A stretch of DNA of 64,000 nucleotides, from the NCBI GenBank assembly GCA_965224195.1, contig OZ245040.1, forward strand, positions 320,001 through 384,000, given 5' to 3'. The notes under the pieces were generated by a model, which saw nothing but the letters and a program-made list of their open reading frames with translations, did no database searches and had not been told where the DNA came from. The position numbers and the translations under genes are program-made. Shown piece by piece: positions 29,271 to 39,517 of the stretch. Origin of the DNA: Nitrosopumilus sp. (GTDB lineage: Archaea > Thermoproteota > Nitrososphaeria > Nitrososphaerales > Nitrosopumilaceae). Numbering within the stretch: the first letter of the stretch is position 1; each line of letters starts with the position of its first letter.

Positions 29271-29344
29271 GCCTATCATTGTAAATCTTGATTTAAAAAT
29301 AATGTCCAAAGGTTAATTAGTCGTTCAACTTTTTTTTGAAATAA

Positions 29345-29746
29345 TTGGCAAACTTCAAACTTACAATCTCAGATATTAAAGGAAAATCAATTTCAAAAGA
29401 ACTCAAAGACAGTGATGCTAATCCTTTGTTAGGATTAGAGTTAGGAACTGAAACTGATGCTTCTATTATAGGGTTAACTGGAAAATTAAAACTCACTGGA
29501 GGTAGTGACAAATCTGGAGTCCCAATGAGAAATGATGTTCATGGTGCAGCAAGAAAAAGAGTTTTACTTTCTAGAGGTGTTGGTTTACAAGATGCAGAAT
29601 ATGGTCAACGAAAAAGAAAACTAATGAGAGGAAATTCCGTATCTGAAGAAATCTATCAAGTAAATTGTAAGTTTAATGGAGAATTACCTGTTGAAGCTCC
29701 TGTTGAAGAAGCAACAGAAGAAAAAGCTAAAGATAAAAAAGAATAA
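29345..29746 (+). CDS. rps6e: 30S ribosomal protein S6e
   Basis: LKLTGGSDKSGVPMR and GQRKRKLMRGN motifs; directly upstream of aIF2-gamma. Confidence 0.96.
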   Translation: MANFKLTISDIKGKSISKELKDSDANPLLGLELGTETDASIIGLTGKLKLTGGSDKSGVPMRNDVHGAARKRVLLSRGVGLQDAEYGQRKRKLMRGNSVSEEIYQVNCKFNGELPVEAPVEEATEEKAKDKKE

Positions 29747-29777
29747 CTTAACATATACCGCTACTACTTTTTGACTC

Positions 29778-31040
29778 ATGCATTGGAGAGAAACTCTTCC
29801 TGATTGGTACATTAAAAAATATGGTTATCAGCCTTGTGTTAACATTGGTACTGCAGGTCATGTAGATCATGGAAAAACTACTCTAATTCAAGCTTTAACT
29901 GGTTCATGGACAAGTGTTCATAGTCAAGAACTTAAACGTGGGATTACAATTCGTGTTGGTTATTCTGATGCTGCATTTTACAAATGTAAAAAATGTGAAG
30001 AGCCTTTAGGATATTCTACAACTCCAAAATGTAACAATTGTGGAAAGGAAAGTGGACTATCTAGAGTTGTAAGTTTTGTAGATAGTCCTGGACACGAAAG
30101 TTTGATGGCAAATATGCTTTCAGGTTCTGCATTAATGGATGGTGCATTACTTTTGGCTGCAGCAAATGAAAAAGTCCCTAAACCCCAAACAAAAGAGCAT
30201 CTTTTAGCACTACAAACTCTTGGAATTCAACAAATAGTTGTAGTCCAAAATAAAGTTGATTTACTTTCTTATCAAGAAGCTCTTGATAGTTATAAAGAAA
30301 TTACAAATTTTGTTAAAGGAAGCCATGCTGCAAAAGCTCCAGTAATTCCAATTTCTGCACAATCTGGATTAAACATTGATGCATTAATTGGTGCTATTGA
30401 ATCAACAATCAAAACTCCTGAGAGAGACGAAAAAGCAGATACTGTAATGCATGTTTTACGTTCTTTTGATGTAAACAAACCTGGAATAAAATTAAAAGAT
30501 ATCAAAGGTGGTGTTATTGGTGGAAGTTTGACTCAGGGAGTTTTCAATATTGGTGATGAAATTGAAATTAAACCAGGAATTATGAATGAAAAGAAAAAGA
30601 CATACGAACCATTACTTACTGAAATTACTTCATTAGGAACTGCAGCAGGAATTGTTGAATCAGTAAAACCAGGTGGGTTGGTAGCTATTGGAACAAAATT
30701 AGATCCTTCTATGACCAGAAGTGATTCATTTATTGGATCAGTTATTGGTAAACCTGGTACTCTTCCTGATAATTCAACTTTGTTAAAATTAGATGTTAAC
30801 TTGTTTGATTCTGCAGTTGGTGCAACTGAAGACATTAAGGTACAACCAATTTCATCCGGAGAACTACTTCGATTAAACATTGGTACTGCTCCAGTTTTAG
30901 GTACAGTTAAAAAAATAAAATCAAAGAATGTTGAGATTGAACTTAGAAGACCTGCTTGTATATTTGAAGGTGGTAATGTAGCTATTAGTGGAAGAATTGC
31001 TGAAAGATGGCGACTTATTGGTGCAGGAATAGTTGGTTGA
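29778..31040 (+). CDS. eif2g: Translation initiation factor aIF2 gamma subunit
   Basis: NIGTAGHVDHGKTT, RGITIRVGY, DSPGHE, QTKEHL, NKVD and WRLIG motifs. Confidence 0.97.
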   Translation: MHWRETLPDWYIKKYGYQPCVNIGTAGHVDHGKTTLIQALTGSWTSVHSQELKRGITIRVGYSDAAFYKCKKCEEPLGYSTTPKCNNCGKESGLSRVVSFVDSPGHESLMANMLSGSALMDGALLLAAANEKVPKPQTKEHLLALQTLGIQQIVVVQNKVDLLSYQEALDSYKEITNFVKGSHAAKAPVIPISAQSGLNIDALIGAIESTIKTPERDEKADTVMHVLRSFDVNKPGIKLKDIKGGVIGGSLTQGVFNIGDEIEIKPGIMNEKKKTYEPLLTEITSLGTAAGIVESVKPGGLVAIGTKLDPSMTRSDSFIGSVIGKPGTLPDNSTLLKLDVNLFDSAVGATEDIKVQPISSGELLRLNIGTAPVLGTVKKIKSKNVEIELRRPACIFEGGNVAISGRIAERWRLIGAGIVG

Positions 31041-31401
31041 AGTAATCTGTGACACAAGTTTTTTAATTCATCTAGCTACAAATAGAATTAAAAATTTAGA
31101 TAATCTTGATGTTGAAATTGGTCAAATTAGTTTTGTTGTACCACAAGTAGTAAAAAATGAGTTATTTGAATTAGAAAAAAATCCTGAAAAAAAACAAGTG
31201 GTACAATCAACTCTGAATTATATCAAAAATTTAAAAATAATTCCAATACTTGGTTCATTTGCAGACAAGGAATTACTTGATTATGTTTTAAAAAATAGAG
31301 TGATTGTAGCTACAATGGATAAAGAACTAAAAAAACAGATTAAAAATAATGGAAGTTCAATCATGTCTTTTTCAAATGACAAAATTATTTTGGAGTCTTA
31401 G
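31033..31401 (+). CDS. PIN-domain protein (Fcf1/Utp24-like)
   Basis: CDTSFL...V..EL...ADKEL...VATMDKEL; conserved position after aIF2-gamma. Confidence 0.87.
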   Translation: MVEVICDTSFLIHLATNRIKNLDNLDVEIGQISFVVPQVVKNELFELEKNPEKKQVVQSTLNYIKNLKIIPILGSFADKELLDYVLKNRVIVATMDKELKKQIKNNGSSIMSFSNDKIILES

Positions 31402-31436
31402 AAATATTTAAGATTGAGTAATTATCAACAATTTCA

Positions 31437-31889
31437 ATGACTTTGAGTTTTAAGAGTGAAGCGTTTGAAAATGGTGGAGTTATCCCAAAAAAATATGGCT
31501 ATAAACATGGAAACATCAGTCCTCCTCTAAAAATTAATGAAATTCCTGAAAATACAATATCACTTGTTTTGATAATGGATGATCCTGATGCAATGGGAGC
31601 TGTTGGTAAAGTTTGGGTGCATTGGGTTGTATGGAATATAGATCCTAAAAATTGTGAGTTTAAAGAAAATTCTGTCCCTGAATATTGTAATGAAGGGGAA
31701 ACTGATTTTGGTGAAATTGGTTATGGTGGCCCTGCCCCTCCAGATAAAGAACATACGTATATTTTCAAACTATATGCTTTAGATCAAAAATTGAATGTCA
31801 TCAAAGGTTCAACTAAACAAGAAATTGAATCATCTATGAAAAATCATATCATTGAAGAAACTATACTTCAGGGAAGATTTGCTCCTTAA
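31437..31889 (+). CDS. YbhB/YbcL (PEBP/Raf kinase inhibitor-like) protein
   Basis: SPPL, MDDPDA, WVHWVVWNI and YGGPAPP...HTYIFKLYALD motifs. Confidence 0.93.
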   Translation: MTLSFKSEAFENGGVIPKKYGYKHGNISPPLKINEIPENTISLVLIMDDPDAMGAVGKVWVHWVVWNIDPKNCEFKENSVPEYCNEGETDFGEIGYGGPAPPDKEHTYIFKLYALDQKLNVIKGSTKQEIESSMKNHIIEETILQGRFAP

Positions 31890-31953
31890 TTCAAAACAGC
31901 TTCAGGATTTTTTATACAAAGAGTAATAAACAAAGTTTTTTCAAAAGTATTGC

Positions 31954-34092
31954 TTGATAGTAAATACAAAACTTGTTTCTATAGGTAATTTTGATTTAAA
32001 ATTAAACCATCTTTTAATTATTGGAGTTTTATCTTTATCTTTCGCTGTATCTTTTCTTCTTCGTGCTCAACCTGTTGATTATGGATTTGAATTAAATGAA
32101 TTTGATCCTTTTTTTAATTATCGTGCAACTCAATATATTGTTGATAATGGAATCCCGGCATATTTTGAATGGAATGACGGTCTTAGTTGGTATCCTCTAG
32201 GTAGAGACGTCTCTTTAACCTCTCAAGTAACTCTTCACTTAACTGCTGCAGTCACATACTGGATTTTTGGAGGTGGAAATAATCTATATGATTTTACAAT
32301 TTTATTTCCCGTAATTTTTGGTTCATTATCTGCAATAGTTATTTTTGCACTAGTTAGAGTAATAGGTGGTACTACTGCTGGTTTATTTTCTGCACTTTTA
32401 TTTTCAATTTCTTTACCAATTTTAATTCGTAGTCCGATAGGATGGTTCAAATCAGAACCCTTGGGGTTGTTTTTTGCTCTTTTAACAGTGTATTTGCTTT
32501 TAAGCGGAATAAATTCCCAAAATAAAAAAATATCCTTTTCTAAACTTGTGGGAGCTGGAATTTTTACAGCATTTTCTATTTCAGCATGGGGCGGAAATCA
32601 ATTTTTTATTATGCCTATAGCAATTTTTTTCATTGTTTTACCTTTTTTGAGGGCGGATCATAAATTTGTCCTCTGGGCCATACCTGTCTATACAATTAGT
32701 ACCATCATTATTTCGTTAGCTTTTGAACGTGTCAGTTCTAATTTTGTTTTTGGTATGGGTGGAATTTTATTAATATTTTCTACTTTATTTTTAGTATCTT
32801 GTATTTTAATACAAAATAAAAGTACTAAAAATAAAACAAGAAATGGTTTAATATTTTTAGTAGCATTTTTAATTATTGTTCCTTTAATTTTAGTTGTAAA
32901 TTCTGAATCTCAATTTTTACCTTCAGCTAGTCATAGATATCTTAATGCGTTAAATCCATTTTTAACTACAACTGATCCATTAGTAGATTCTGTATCTGAA
33001 CATGCTACCACAACTTTACCCCAATCATTTTTGTTTCATTCAGTATTAATGATTTTTTCAGGGTTAGGAATTTGGTTAATTATTAAAAATGTTCAAAATA
33101 AAAAATCTAACTTCATTAAAAATGATATGTTATCATTTGCTTTAATTTTAGGAATAACTGGAGTCTATATTAGTTCAACATTTGTTAGATTGGAAGTTTT
33201 TGCATCAATTTCTATTATTGTTTTGACATCATTAGGTTTAACTGCATTAACAAAAGAATTCTTTAAAATTCGATCTGAATCAAAAAAATCTATTGGTAAT
33301 TTAATAAAATTATCTTATGTTATAGGAATTCTTCTTCTTCTTGTCATACCTATGGTTTATCCAGTAGGCTCAGAAGTATCTCGTCTGACAAATGCACCTC
33401 CTACAATTTTGAATGGTGGTACAACATATACAATAGCTACTAATGATTGGTTAGATGCTTTAGATTGGATGAAAAATAATACTCCTAAAGACGCTGTTGT
33501 AGCATCTTGGTGGGATTATGGTTATTGGATTTCAACTATGGGCGAAAGAGCTACTTTAGCAGATAATTCAACACTTAGTACAGAGATTATTCAAAATATA
33601 GCAAAAATGCTCTTGAATAATCCTAACTCATCATGGCATTCTCTAAATGAAATGCAAGTAGATTATGTACTTATTTTTGTTGCTGGTGAAAAATTAAATC
33701 TAGATTCTCCTCAATCACTTTATAGATTAGGTGGTGGAGGTGATGAATCAAAGAAACAATGGTTTATGAGAATTGCAGGATTAGATGAAACAAAATATCT
33801 ACATCCTGATGGAGCAAGTGGGACTGATTATTTCTGGAATGAAACTTTACTAGGTAAAATGTTTCCATTTACTTCATTAGGATATGTTAATCCTAATAAT
33901 TTGAATCAACAATCTGAAACATATGCTCATGGTATGATTCCAATTTATGAAAAAAGTATAAAATATACTTCTGATGGAGATGGTCCTTTAAAACTAGTTT
34001 ATGCATCATCTAGTTACACTGAAGAAAAAGTTGGACCTATGCTTGGTGTCTTTATTTATGAAGTGAACAAAGATTACAAACCAATATCTTAG
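31954..34092 (+). CDS. aglB: Oligosaccharyltransferase AglB (STT3)
   Basis: EFDPFFNYR, SWYPLG, SVSEH and WWDYGYWI motifs; many TM helices. Confidence 0.93.
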   Translation: MIVNTKLVSIGNFDLKLNHLLIIGVLSLSFAVSFLLRAQPVDYGFELNEFDPFFNYRATQYIVDNGIPAYFEWNDGLSWYPLGRDVSLTSQVTLHLTAAVTYWIFGGGNNLYDFTILFPVIFGSLSAIVIFALVRVIGGTTAGLFSALLFSISLPILIRSPIGWFKSEPLGLFFALLTVYLLLSGINSQNKKISFSKLVGAGIFTAFSISAWGGNQFFIMPIAIFFIVLPFLRADHKFVLWAIPVYTISTIIISLAFERVSSNFVFGMGGILLIFSTLFLVSCILIQNKSTKNKTRNGLIFLVAFLIIVPLILVVNSESQFLPSASHRYLNALNPFLTTTDPLVDSVSEHATTTLPQSFLFHSVLMIFSGLGIWLIIKNVQNKKSNFIKNDMLSFALILGITGVYISSTFVRLEVFASISIIVLTSLGLTALTKEFFKIRSESKKSIGNLIKLSYVIGILLLLVIPMVYPVGSEVSRLTNAPPTILNGGTTYTIATNDWLDALDWMKNNTPKDAVVASWWDYGYWISTMGERATLADNSTLSTEIIQNIAKMLLNNPNSSWHSLNEMQVDYVLIFVAGEKLNLDSPQSLYRLGGGGDESKKQWFMRIAGLDETKYLHPDGASGTDYFWNETLLGKMFPFTSLGYVNPNNLNQQSETYAHGMIPIYEKSIKYTSDGDGPLKLVYASSSYTEEKVGPMLGVFIYEVNKDYKPIS

Positions 34093-34093
34093 A

Positions 34094-34249
34094 TTAAGAA
34101 TATCTTTCAGCTAATCTGTATCTCATGTATTTATCATCTGGTGAAAATTTAGCTGGATGAACAGAAATAGTTTCTTCACTACATTTTGGACATTTTTCTT
34201 TTAATGTATAATGAAAACATTTAGAACATTTTCGTAAAAGAAATCTCAT
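34094..34249 (-). CDS. nop10: H/ACA RNP protein Nop10
   Basis: Manual translation MRFLLRKCSKCFHYTLKEKCPKCSEETISVHPAKFSPDDKYMRYRLAERYS*; directly downstream of aIF2-alpha. Confidence 0.95.
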   Translation of the reverse strand: MRFLLRKCSKCFHYTLKEKCPKCSEETISVHPAKFSPDDKYMRYRLAERYS

Positions 34250-34250
34250 T

Positions 34251-35048
34251 TTAATTCTCTCTAGTTTTCTTTGAATCTTCTCTAGTAAATTTGAATGAGC
34301 CTTTTTTCTTTTCTATGTTTGTTTCAATTTCCTCTATTATTGGTTTTAATAGTTTTTCAGCCGATTTGAAGTCTTCTGAAGTAATTGAGAGTCTGTATTT
34401 TGGTGCACCTAAATATGTTATATCTATAGTGGAATCTTTTTTGATAATATCTAACAATGTTTTTTTAATTATTTCAACACCATTAGATTGATTATTTGTA
34501 ATTTCCATAATCCCTCTAATTTCAACTGAAGGAAGTTTAATTTTTGAACAAATATCTTCAATTATAGTAGCAGTTTTTTTTGCAAGTTTTAGTTCTTTAA
34601 CTGATTCAATTCCATTTCTTCCAATAGATATGAATGCATCATATACAGAATCAAATTTTGAATAAATACTGTCTTCTAATTTTTCAATTTCATCATCAGT
34701 TAATTTAGCTTTTTCTTGAACATTTTGTAATAGCGTTTTACCTTTTTCAAACTTTTTGACTTCTTTGAGTTTTTGTTTTTTCTGATCTTTTGAAACTTGT
34801 TTTAGTGAGAGATCTATATCTCCTCGTTGAGCATTTACTTTTTTTACAAGAAGAATTTTTTTCTCCCCATCTCTGACAAATCTACTAACTGATCTAATCC
34901 ATCCTGGAGCAATTTCTGAAATATGTAAAAACCCTTGAATGTCATCATATTCATCTAGTGTGACATAAGCCCCATGATCCATTACTTTGGTAATAGTTGC
35001 AAGAATAATTTCTCCTTGTTCAGGCATTTCTTGGATTTCAGTAGACAT
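34251..35048 (-). CDS. eif2a: Translation initiation factor aIF2 alpha subunit
   Basis: S1 domain GAYVTLDEY...LHISEI...GDIDLSLK and YLGAPKY. Confidence 0.96.
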   Translation of the reverse strand: MSTEIQEMPEQGEIILATITKVMDHGAYVTLDEYDDIQGFLHISEIAPGWIRSVSRFVRDGEKKILLVKKVNAQRGDIDLSLKQVSKDQKKQKLKEVKKFEKGKTLLQNVQEKAKLTDDEIEKLEDSIYSKFDSVYDAFISIGRNGIESVKELKLAKKTATIIEDICSKIKLPSVEIRGIMEITNNQSNGVEIIKKTLLDIIKKDSTIDITYLGAPKYRLSITSEDFKSAEKLLKPIIEEIETNIEKKKGSFKFTREDSKKTREN

Positions 35049-35089
35049 TTCTTCTAAAACTCCTTCATGCGTAAATTAATGTTTGCTGA

Positions 35090-35623
35090 TTAGAAGTCAA
35101 TCCCTTTTTTTGCTTTAATTCCTTGCTGAAATGGATGTTTTATCTCTCTCATTTCTGTAACAAGATCAGCAATTTCAATAATCTCATCTTTGGCATAATT
35201 TCCTGTTAATACTAAATCTACTCCTTTTGGTTTTGATTTTATTATGTTTAATACATCATCAACTGAAATTAAATTAAGATTTACTGCATAGTTTATCTCA
35301 TCTAAAATTATAATATCGTAATTTCCTGATTGAATTTTTTCATTACTAATTCTAATTGCTTCTTTTGCTACTTTTTTATGATCTTCTTTTGAACTTTTAT
35401 CATCAATTATTCCAACAAATCCTTTCCCAACTGCAACCATTTCAAATTCAGGTTCAAGTCTTTTTGATGAATCCATTTCTCCATAATGCCATGAACCTTT
35501 AATGAACTGAATCATACAAGTTTTCTTTTTATATCCTGTTGCACGTAAGGCAATTCCTAAGGCTGCAGTTGTTTTACCTTTACCTTTTCCAGTATATACT
35601 ATAGTCAAACCATTATTTTCCAT
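35090..35623 (-). CDS. cobO: Cob(I)yrinic acid a,c-diamide adenosyltransferase
   Basis: YTGKGKGKTTAALG, QFIKG, LDEINYA and ADLVTEMREIKHPF..GI.A..GIDF motifs. Confidence 0.96.
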   Translation of the reverse strand: MENNGLTIVYTGKGKGKTTAALGIALRATGYKKKTCMIQFIKGSWHYGEMDSSKRLEPEFEMVAVGKGFVGIIDDKSSKEDHKKVAKEAIRISNEKIQSGNYDIIILDEINYAVNLNLISVDDVLNIIKSKPKGVDLVLTGNYAKDEIIEIADLVTEMREIKHPFQQGIKAKKGIDF

Positions 35624-35709
35624 AATTTCTATTCGATGGATCTTACTAAAAACATTGAGGATATCTATAATCTATTAATTTAAATAAAAAATGATCCTAG
35701 TCATGCAAA

Positions 35710-37065
35710 TTGAAAATCCCTAGAGTTGTAATTGCTGGTGCTACTAGTGGTGTTGGAAAAACATCTATAACATGTTCAATAATTTATGCATTACAAAAAC
35801 ATGGTTTTTCTGTTCAGCCATTTAAAATTGGGCCAGATTATATTGATCCAGGCTATCTATCTAGTATTTCAAAAAATAAAACATACAATTTGGATGCGTG
35901 GCTTATGGGTGGAAATCAATTACTGAATAGTTTTACATCAAATTCAAAATCTAGTATATCTGTAATTGAAGGAGTAATGGGATACTATGATGGCTTTGGT
36001 GGAGATTCAAATTATGCTAGTACACATCATGTGGCATCACTAACAAAATCATCAGTATTGTTAGTTTTAGATGCAAGTAAAACTTCTCGCTCTATTGCAG
36101 CAACTGCACTTGGATTTTTAAAATTTCATAGAAATTCTCGTATATCTGGAATTATTCTTAACAAAATAGGTAGCAAAAAACACGAATTTTTGTGTAGAAG
36201 TGCTCTAGAAAAAACTAAAATCCCAATAATCGGTGTAATTCCAAAAAATCCTTTATTAAATATACCATCAAGACATCTTGGATTAATTTCAACGTTAGAG
36301 AACAAAATTCTTAAAAAACAAATTGTAAAAATATCTAAAATTATTTCGAAAAATATTGATATTAATCAAATAATTAAAATTGCAAAAAATTCATCTGATC
36401 TTACTAAAAAATCAAAATCTATACCTAAAAAATCAAAAACTACTATTGCAGTTGCACTTGACACTTCATTTAATTTCTATTATCAGGATAATTTAGAAGC
36501 ATTACGTCGTGAAGGTGCAAATCTAAAATTTTTTAGTCCTGTGAAAGACAAAAAAATTCCAAAGTGCGATGGTCTTTACATTGGTGGAGGTTTTCCTGAA
36601 ATTTTAGGAGATGCTCTTGGAAAAAATCAAATTATGAAAAAATTAATAAAAAAGTTATCTGAAGATAATCTACCAATTTATGCTGAATGTGGTGGATTGA
36701 TGTATTTGACAAAATCTATTTTATCTAAAAATAAAAAATATAAAATGATTGGTCTATTTGATGCTGAAACTAAAATGACAAACAAAATGAGACTAAATTA
36801 TACAAAAGGTAAGATTATTTCAAAAAATACTATCTCAGAAAAACTACATAATTTTCAAGGACATGAATTTCATTATTCACATTTAGATTCAGTATCAAAA
36901 GATTCAAAATTTGCTTATACTTTAGAAATAGGTGAAGGAATTAAAAAACACCAAGATGGATTAATTCAAGATAATACGTTGGCATCTTATGGTCATCTAT
37001 ACTTTGATAGCTCAAATTATGCAGAAATTTTTGTTAAAAATTGTATAAAATCTTCAAAGAGATGA
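35710..37065 (+). CDS. cbiA: Cobyrinate a,c-diamide synthase
   Basis: SGVGKT, FKIGPDYIDP, EGVMG, SRHLGL, GGGFPE, AECGG and GHEFHYS motifs. Confidence 0.95.
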   Translation: MKIPRVVIAGATSGVGKTSITCSIIYALQKHGFSVQPFKIGPDYIDPGYLSSISKNKTYNLDAWLMGGNQLLNSFTSNSKSSISVIEGVMGYYDGFGGDSNYASTHHVASLTKSSVLLVLDASKTSRSIAATALGFLKFHRNSRISGIILNKIGSKKHEFLCRSALEKTKIPIIGVIPKNPLLNIPSRHLGLISTLENKILKKQIVKISKIISKNIDINQIIKIAKNSSDLTKKSKSIPKKSKTTIAVALDTSFNFYYQDNLEALRREGANLKFFSPVKDKKIPKCDGLYIGGGFPEILGDALGKNQIMKKLIKKLSEDNLPIYAECGGLMYLTKSILSKNKKYKMIGLFDAETKMTNKMRLNYTKGKIISKNTISEKLHNFQGHEFHYSHLDSVSKDSKFAYTLEIGEGIKKHQDGLIQDNTLASYGHLYFDSSNYAEIFVKNCIKSSKR

Positions 37066-37695
37066 TTCTGCTCTAATTAATTTAAAAATTGCATTAATTG
37101 TAGCAGAAACTGAAGAACTTCCTCCCTTTCTGCCAATATTTGTGATAAATGGTGCCTCCTCTAACTTTGATAATTCTTCTTTTGATTCTGCAGCACAGAT
37201 GAATCCTACTGGAATTCCAATGATTAAAGCTGGTTTCACCATGCCTTCTTTGACCATCTGAATTACTTCTTGAAGTGCAGTTGGGGCATTTCCTATTGCT
37301 ACAACCCCTCCATCAATATCTGATGCTGCAGCCCTCATGGATACTTGGGAACGTGTTTTACCTTCTTTTTTTGCTAATTCCATTATTTCTGGTTTTGAAA
37401 TATTACAAATTATACTATTTCCAAAATCTTTTGGATTTTGTTTATTCATTCCTCCAATCACTCCGTTAACATCAACTACTATGCTACAACCATTCTTCAA
37501 AGCTTTCATTCCCCTTACAATTGCATCTTTATGAAAAATTAGTTTATTTTTATCTGCAAAATCAAAATCTGCCGTTGAATGAATTATTCTTCTGACAATG
37601 GGCCATTCTTTTTCATTAAAATTATGTGAACCTATCTCGTCTTCAATCATTTGCATACTAGCATCTTCAATTGATTGGCCTTTCTTAGTTTGCAT
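37054..37695 (-). CDS. cbiC: Precorrin-8X / cobalt-precorrin-8 methylmutase
   Basis: RRIIHSTADFD, AIGNAPTAL, GIPVGFICAAESK and GRKGGS motifs. Confidence 0.95.
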   Translation of the reverse strand: MQTKKGQSIEDASMQMIEDEIGSHNFNEKEWPIVRRIIHSTADFDFADKNKLIFHKDAIVRGMKALKNGCSIVVDVNGVIGGMNKQNPKDFGNSIICNISKPEIMELAKKEGKTRSQVSMRAAASDIDGGVVAIGNAPTALQEVIQMVKEGMVKPALIIGIPVGFICAAESKEELSKLEEAPFITNIGRKGGSSSVSATINAIFKLIRAESSL

Positions 37696-38437
37696 CTTCT
37701 ACCTCTTTTGCTCTCTCTAAAATTAAATCTATCATTTTCTGATCTGTTCCAATATGTTTCGTAATGTATGCTTTTTCTATAGTGGATTTTTCAAGTGCTG
37801 GTATCAAATCATTATTGATATCAGTTTTTACATGCGCTCCTTCATGAAGGAAATAAAAAACAATTATCAAAACTTTGGGGTTATCTTTTTCACATTTTTT
37901 AATTCCTTTAAAAATATCTGGTTGTTCTATTTCTAGCCAACATCTACTTACATTTCTGTAAGAATCTTTTAGATTATTTACAATATAGTCTAAAGACATT
38001 TGTGCATTAGGATCTTTACTTCCATGTCCAATGATCATTACATCTACTTCATTATTTGAAAGTGAAACATTATTTTCTTTTAATGTTGTATCTATTCTAC
38101 TTTCAACTACGTCAACCAAAGTTTTATGCATGCTCATTTGTTTTGTAACTACAAATTTTATTTTGGTGTCTTTTTGATATTTCATTACCTCAGTAACTGC
38201 AATTTTCACTTTTCTACCAGGATACAAAAAGTAGGGAACAATGGTCAAAGAATCAATATCTTCTTTTAGACATTTAGGAATTCCATCCTCAATATATGGT
38301 GGTTCTACCTCTAGAAAACAAAAATCTGTAAATTCATAGTTTCCTTTTGCCTTGATTCCTTGACAAATTACATCTAACTCTTCAGATGCTTCTCTTTCTC
38401 TACTTCCTCTGTCAATAAGTAATAATCCTCTTTTCAA
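37685..38437 (-). CDS. cbiX: Sirohydrochlorin cobaltochelatase (long, two-domain CbiX)
   Basis: RGSR...FLEVEPP...VPYFLYPG and GHGSKDP...FLHEGAHVKTDI duplicated domains. Confidence 0.88.
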   Translation of the reverse strand: MKRGLLLIDRGSREREASEELDVICQGIKAKGNYEFTDFCFLEVEPPYIEDGIPKCLKEDIDSLTIVPYFLYPGRKVKIAVTEVMKYQKDTKIKFVVTKQMSMHKTLVDVVESRIDTTLKENNVSLSNNEVDVMIIGHGSKDPNAQMSLDYIVNNLKDSYRNVSRCWLEIEQPDIFKGIKKCEKDNPKVLIIVFYFLHEGAHVKTDINNDLIPALEKSTIEKAYITKHIGTDQKMIDLILERAKEVEDAN

Positions 38438-39486
38438 TTCATTATCCTCGCTATTGCTATTGTCAAATTTGGTGGGAATTTCTGCTTTTCTACTATTAAT
38501 TGTCCTTTAGATACTTTGATGGCGGCTGCTTCTGATACACTTGCAGTTCCTTCAAAGGCTTTTACAGTTTCAGAAGGATTTGGAGCAGAAATCTCTGCTA
38601 AATCTTCTCTGTTTACATATTCAACTGGAATTCCCATTTCTATTCCAAGATCTATTAATCCTTGTACATCTTCTGGTTTTTTTATTGATACTAATTTTGC
38701 AATTGATTTTGAATTAAGTTTAAATTTTTCTAAACAAAACTCAATTCCTTCCTTAATCGTTTCTTTTGAAGTATCCCAATGCAGTCCAATACCAATTACT
38801 AAACTTGGTGGACGATATATCACAGATTCTTTTGATATTTCTTCCTCAATTATTTTATCAGAAATTATTAAATGAGCTTTAGAATTTGATTTTTTTAACT
38901 CTTCAATGTTTTCATATATCATAACATTTTTTGGTAATTTTTTATACCAATTTCTCTCTCCTGTCTCTTGAAATACTCCTATTGGTTCTTCATTTACCAT
39001 ATGTGCACTAATTTTAGTTACTGTTGAATCATCATCTATTTTCCAATTAAATTCCCTGCCTACAAGATCTACTGCAATTGTTTTGTTTACATCAGCTGCT
39101 GTGGTAATTACAGGTAATGCTTTGAGTTTTTCTGCAATTTCTTCAGTAAGTTCATTGGCTCCACCTATATGTCCAGATAAAACACTAATTACAAAATTTA
39201 TTTTATCATCAATTACAATTACTGCAGGATCAGTTTTTTTATCTTTCAAATATGGAGAAATTAATCTAATTACTGCTCCTAATGAAAAAATACAGATTAA
39301 TGCATTACTATTTTTAAAAAGTTCAACAATTTTCTCAGTTGTAGGCTCAGAATACCATGTAATTCCTACTGCATCAGTTGTTTGTTTTGAGGGAGCAAAT
39401 ACGCTCCAATCTGGAAATAATTTTTTCAGATTTTCTCCAATATTTACTCCATTTTTAGTAATAGCAAGAACTGAAGTTTTTTCCAT
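38434..39486 (-). CDS. cbiG: Cobalt-precorrin-5A hydrolase
   Basis: GAVIRLISP...DKKTDPAV...LSGHIGGANEL...VITTAAD and SVSEAAA motifs. Confidence 0.93.
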   Translation of the reverse strand: MEKTSVLAITKNGVNIGENLKKLFPDWSVFAPSKQTTDAVGITWYSEPTTEKIVELFKNSNALICIFSLGAVIRLISPYLKDKKTDPAVIVIDDKINFVISVLSGHIGGANELTEEIAEKLKALPVITTAADVNKTIAVDLVGREFNWKIDDDSTVTKISAHMVNEEPIGVFQETGERNWYKKLPKNVMIYENIEELKKSNSKAHLIISDKIIEEEISKESVIYRPPSLVIGIGLHWDTSKETIKEGIEFCLEKFKLNSKSIAKLVSIKKPEDVQGLIDLGIEMGIPVEYVNREDLAEISAPNPSETVKAFEGTASVSEAAAIKVSKGQLIVEKQKFPPNLTIAIARIMN

Positions 39487-39517
39487 AATCCAAATCTTCC
39501 AACTTTAATAAAATACC